From Monocercomonoides exilis PA203 (lineage: Eukaryota; Protista; Preaxostyla), in the NCBI GenBank assembly GCA_001643675.2, contig LSRY02000030.1, positions 124,001 to 188,000 of the forward strand: 64,000 nt of DNA, given 5' to 3'. This document shows positions 60,301 to 64,000 of the stretch, piece after piece (within the stretch, counting starts at the first letter, position 1; each line of letters opens with the position of its first letter). Made by a program: the position numbers and the translations under genes. A model generated the notes under the pieces. That model had not been told where the DNA came from, made no database searches, and saw only the letters and a program-made list of their open reading frames with translations.

Positions 60301-63300
60301 TTGACTGGTGAACAGTCATCAGAGACAAGAAGCATATCATCCGAAGAGGAGGAGAAAATTGCAGAAGATGATGAAACGAACAACAAAGAACTTCAATTGC
60401 ACGAATTGCGTGCGTCAAAGGATGGCGGTGGCCCGTCTCGTTCTCATTCAAAGAAAGGAAACCCGAAGCCCAACTCAAAAGTCAAATCCAAATTGCAATC
60501 AAAAATAAAAGCCAAAGCACAAGCCAAAGCAAAAGCTGTCACTAAAGTTAGCAATAAATCGAAGGCGAAAGCTAAACCAGAAATTGCACTCAGCCCAGTC
60601 CGAAGGAAAACCTCATTGTTTTCTTTTCGTTCGTCTGAACCTGCAAAAACAGACTCAGTTGCTTCAGCCGCAAGAGCAGATCAGGATTCAGAAATCTCTT
60701 CTTCTTCTTCTTCTTCTTCTTCTTCTTCTTCTTCTTCTTCTTCTTCTTCTTCTTCTTCTTCTTCTTCTTCTCCTCCTCCTCCTCCTCCTCCTCCTCCTCC
60801 TCCTTCTCCTCCTCCTCCTCCTTCTTCTTCTTCTCCTTCTCCTTCTTCTTCTTCTACTACTGCTTCCTCTGATTCTTTTTCCACCTCTTTGGCAACATCG
60901 AAAGCGACAAACAATTATAATCTCAGAAGAAACTTGACTCCATCATATATTTTTTCAGAAGGGAAGTATTCGATTTATTACTATGGGAAGACAGAAAGTC
61001 CTGAGAAATCTTCGAATGCAAACGAGGCAGATTCGCAGCAATTGCCATCTGAGCAAACAAAGACAACTTTGTTGGAGGACAAATCTGAACACTCGGCAAA
61101 TAAATTAGGAGGAGCACATAAAGCAAAAAGGAGATATGATGAGCGCACTCCGAAGTTGGCATCTCTTTTGAACCAGTCGTCATCTTCATCTTCTTCGTCT
61201 TCGTCTTCGTCTTCTTCAAAGAACACCGATTGTTTGAAGTGTGATGGGGAGAAAAGGGATGAAAGAGAAGATAAGGAGCAAGATGAAATACCAGCTGGAG
61301 AGGCATTTGATGGTAAGGATTTGGGCAAACTGCAAGGGGATTCAGCTTCTCATTTGAATTTTGTGGATGAGCCATTCAATGCGCTGATGGGTGAGGAAGA
61401 ACACAAAGATGGATTCACACAGCTTCAGCAGCCACAAAACAATGGCAGCTCTGAGCAGATGCAAAGCACAGAGAAATCTTCATCAGGCACAGCACATTCA
61501 TATTCATTGGCTCAAGAGTCAAATCCTTCTTCAACTGAGCCTTCGACAGGCCAAGCATCCGTCTCATCGACATCTGATTCCAAATCGCCTCAATCGCACA
61601 CATCTTCAACATCATTATCTGATTTTTCTGTTTCATCTTCATTTCCTTTATTTCCTTCATTTCCTTCGTGTCAGCAATCTCCTTCAAAAATTGAACAAAT
61701 TTCTCAACTTATTACATCTGTTCCAGCCATAGCTGCGTCTTCTTCTCCTTCAAGTTGCACAGAAAGTGTGAAAAGTGCATCGGGAAAAGGATGCAGAAAA
61801 GCAAAGCCGACAAAGAAGAAAAAACAGAAAAAGAAAAGAGGGAAAAAGAAAAACATAATGAATGATCCAATGATTAATTCTTATGCAGTTTCGCAATCAT
61901 CTGAATTAATAAATGTTTTTGAATCAAAGCGTTTCTTGGATAATAAAAAAGGAAATGACAGCACACAGTCTCCGAATGCTTCATGTTGCAGAAGTTCCCC
62001 AGGATCAACGAGTGCATCTCCTCAGGGAACGCATCAAACAACCCCAAAAGCAACTCCTCAAATATCTCTTCATTCATCTGCGCCAACAACACCAACAACA
62101 CCAGCTACACCAACAACACCAGCAACACCAGCCACTTCGCAAACGCATTCGCCAAACTCGATTTTGAGCTTGCTGCCTTTGCGACAGCAAAAGAGCCAAT
62201 CGAACTCTTCCATTGACAACCTGAGAGCTGCAAAAGCGGCAATGTCAAAATCATTGTCTCCTCTTTTGCAAATGTCATCGCCTTTGCAGTCTGGCATATC
62301 GTTACAATCAAACTCACCCCTCTCGAATTATTCTCCTACAGCATCGCTTAGCAATCTTCTTTCTTCTTCGTCTTCTATTTCTTCGAATTCATTGAGCGAA
62401 AAGCAGAGCACACAGTATTTGTGGAATGCACGGGGATCATCGCTGAGCCCTTCCATGTCAGCATCTCCGCAGTTGCTGGCATGCTCTCCATCAAGCTCCA
62501 TTGCGACTCCTCCTTCCTCGCTGCACTCTCCTGCCTCAAACAAAAACTCTCCTGCGAACAAAGCTTTGCATCCATTAGGAGAGGTACATTCACTGGCTAA
62601 GCTGTTCAACAGGGTGGATGAGTCATTTCCGCCTTCTCGTTTGGAGAGTGCTGCCAGAGCACAGGAATGTGGCTCAAACATTGACGACATCAATTTCTTC
62701 CCTTCAGAGTTGTCGAATATTCAGGCAACTTCTGTTGGCTCGAAGAAAGTCTGCACAAAGACAACATCTTCTCCGAATGACAAAAGATTTTCATCTTCAT
62801 TGTTGAGTCCTGTTCTTTCATTTCCTCAGTTTCAGGCAGCTAACCCAACAACTTCAACAACCGATAACTCATCTCCTTCAGTGCCATCAATTTCTAGTGC
62901 TATTGAGCCATCTGAAAAGTCTGCTTCATCTGTGCAGTCAAGAGAGCATGAATCAATTCTGTTTCCACACTCATCAGAGGAGAAGCAGTCTCCGATTGAT
63001 AAAGGATTGAAGGAGAATGAAAGAGATGGCAAATCTTCTTCTTCTTCTTCTTCTTCTTTCGCAAATTCAATTGGAAGCGATAAATGTGAGCGAGAAGAGA
63101 AAAAGGATGGAAACAATTCAGAGAATGGAAATGATGCTTTGAAAGAAACAATTGAAAGAGATGTTGGAGAGGACAATCTAAAAGAGGGAGAAGAGAGAGA
63201 GGAAAAAGAAGAAAAAGAAGAAAAAGAAGAAAAAGAAGAAAAAGAAGAAAAAGAAGAAAAAGAAGAAAAAGAAGAAAAAGAAGAAAAAGAAACAACAGAA

Positions 63301-63999
63301 GAGAAGAAAGATTCAGAAAAGCCGAATGTTGAGAAAACGTCCAAAAAGAAAGGTTCAAAATCAAGAAAAAGGCAAAGCCAGAAGCAAAACCCGAAACAGA
63401 AAGCAGACAAAAATAAAGAAGCGAAAAGAGGAAAAAGCAAAAAAGCAGAAGATGAAAAAGAGCAGACCAAAAATGAGGGTTCTTCAAAGGAAACGAAGTG
63501 GAATAATTTTGGGCGAGTTTACAGAACAAGACATAACAGCAGTTTTGAGGAAGAAGGTACTTCAGCTGTTGGAAGTCAATCAGAAGGAACTAAAAATGAA
63601 CAAATGGAGGGAAATGAGAAAGAAAAGAGTGAAAGAAAGGAGACAGAAGAAAAGGATGAAAAAGAAGAGGAAAAAGGTGCAGGAAAAGAGGCAGCGGAGA
63701 ATGTTGGAAAAGCAAAAGAAAGTGATTCAAATGTGAAAGGCGATGAGAAAGCTGAAGCGAGCCATGAAGAAAAGAAAATGCAAAAGAACAAAAATAAGGA
63801 AAAACAAAAGAAAAAGAAAGAGAAAAAGACTTATTCAAAAACAACTTTGAGAATGTCGACTCGAAGCAGCGAAGCGACTTCATTAATGCTTTCATCCGCA
63901 CAGCCATCTCTTTCAGAGTCAGCAGCTTCGACAGCTGGCAACACATCTTTGTTGAACACTTCGACTGAATTTGTCAATGGTGCACAAAGTAAAATGCCG
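48547..63999 (+). CDS. Giant SUMO-specific protease (peptidase C48, SENP6/7-Ulp2-like), at least 5,151 aa, 3' end outside window
   Basis: ATG 48547 (MNDNYVITIEDDD..). The frame is open wherever I translated it, and the track lists no terminated ORF in this frame, consistent with no stop before the window end. About 57870-58070 encodes EQLMTFPPGSQDVERVMITVGDVERLRQGCWLNDNIITFYLKYIHCISPEYTKKKTHLFNTFFF. About 58930-59040 encodes RKTRSWQRNLNIEEQHFLFLPLNENQHWSLIVICN (catalytic His codon 59011-59013). The catalytic Asp and Cys motifs were not seen in the window. Confidence 0.87.
56041..56148 (+). repeat. Coding (His-His-Ser)n-type tripeptide repeat in the SUMO protease
   Basis: CAT CAC TCA CAC CAC TCA CAT CAT TCA.. 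translates HHSHHSHHSHHSRRSHHSRHSHHSHHSNHSTHSRHS, with diversified codons. Confidence 0.85.
63202..63291 (+). repeat. Coding 9-bp tandem repeat (GAAAAAGAA)n, (EKE)n
   Basis: About 10 perfect copies inside the SUMO protease ORF. Confidence 0.9.
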
Positions 64000-64000
64000 A

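Noticed and set aside
49119-63946. Many short ORFs listed across the last 15 kb
   Set aside because: All are off-frame or antisense to one continuous plus-strand frame starting at 48547, which carries the C48 protease motifs.
1-64000. Non-canonical genetic code (TAA/TAG = Gln) as in the oxymonad Streblomastix
   Set aside because: Thousands of Gln-containing codons occur without in-frame TAA/TAG, and TAA terminates FHIT and the receptor gene at plausible ends.

Overview
Eukaryotic, intron-containing, AT-rich genomic DNA. It uses the standard code: TAA and TGA stops are used, and multi-kb ORFs contain no in-frame TAA/TAG. Composition, short GT-AG introns (43-203 nt), extreme Ser/Glu low-complexity proteins and a characteristic receptor/pseudokinase gene point to an oxymonad such as Monocercomonoides exilis; this is recognition from memory, not a database search. 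Layout: (1) 3' end of an upstream gene; (2) a 5-exon PP4R3/SMEK/Psy2 gene inflated to about 6,822 aa by low-complexity inserts; (3) a 3-exon TAF12; (4) a roughly 23 kb accessory island; (5) a 4-exon FHIT-type HIT hydrolase head-to-head with (6) a SENP6/7/Ulp2-like SUMO protease ORF of at least 5,151 codons that runs off the window and is absent from the ORF track. The island holds a 6.3 kb TIR/TSD-bounded element carrying decayed host-like coding sequence and a nested dead pogo-type (DDE_1) transposon, a 398 bp foldback MITE, a 3,074 aa modular surface receptor-pseudokinase, a 993 bp element with mirrored 21-bp repeat arms, and a 965 bp MITE inserted in a (TAAA)n microsatellite. The most novel-looking signals are this set of apparently unannotated DNA transposons (possible gene capture, nesting, related GGGT termini, microsatellite insertion) and the splitting of conserved protein folds by kilobase-scale inserts.
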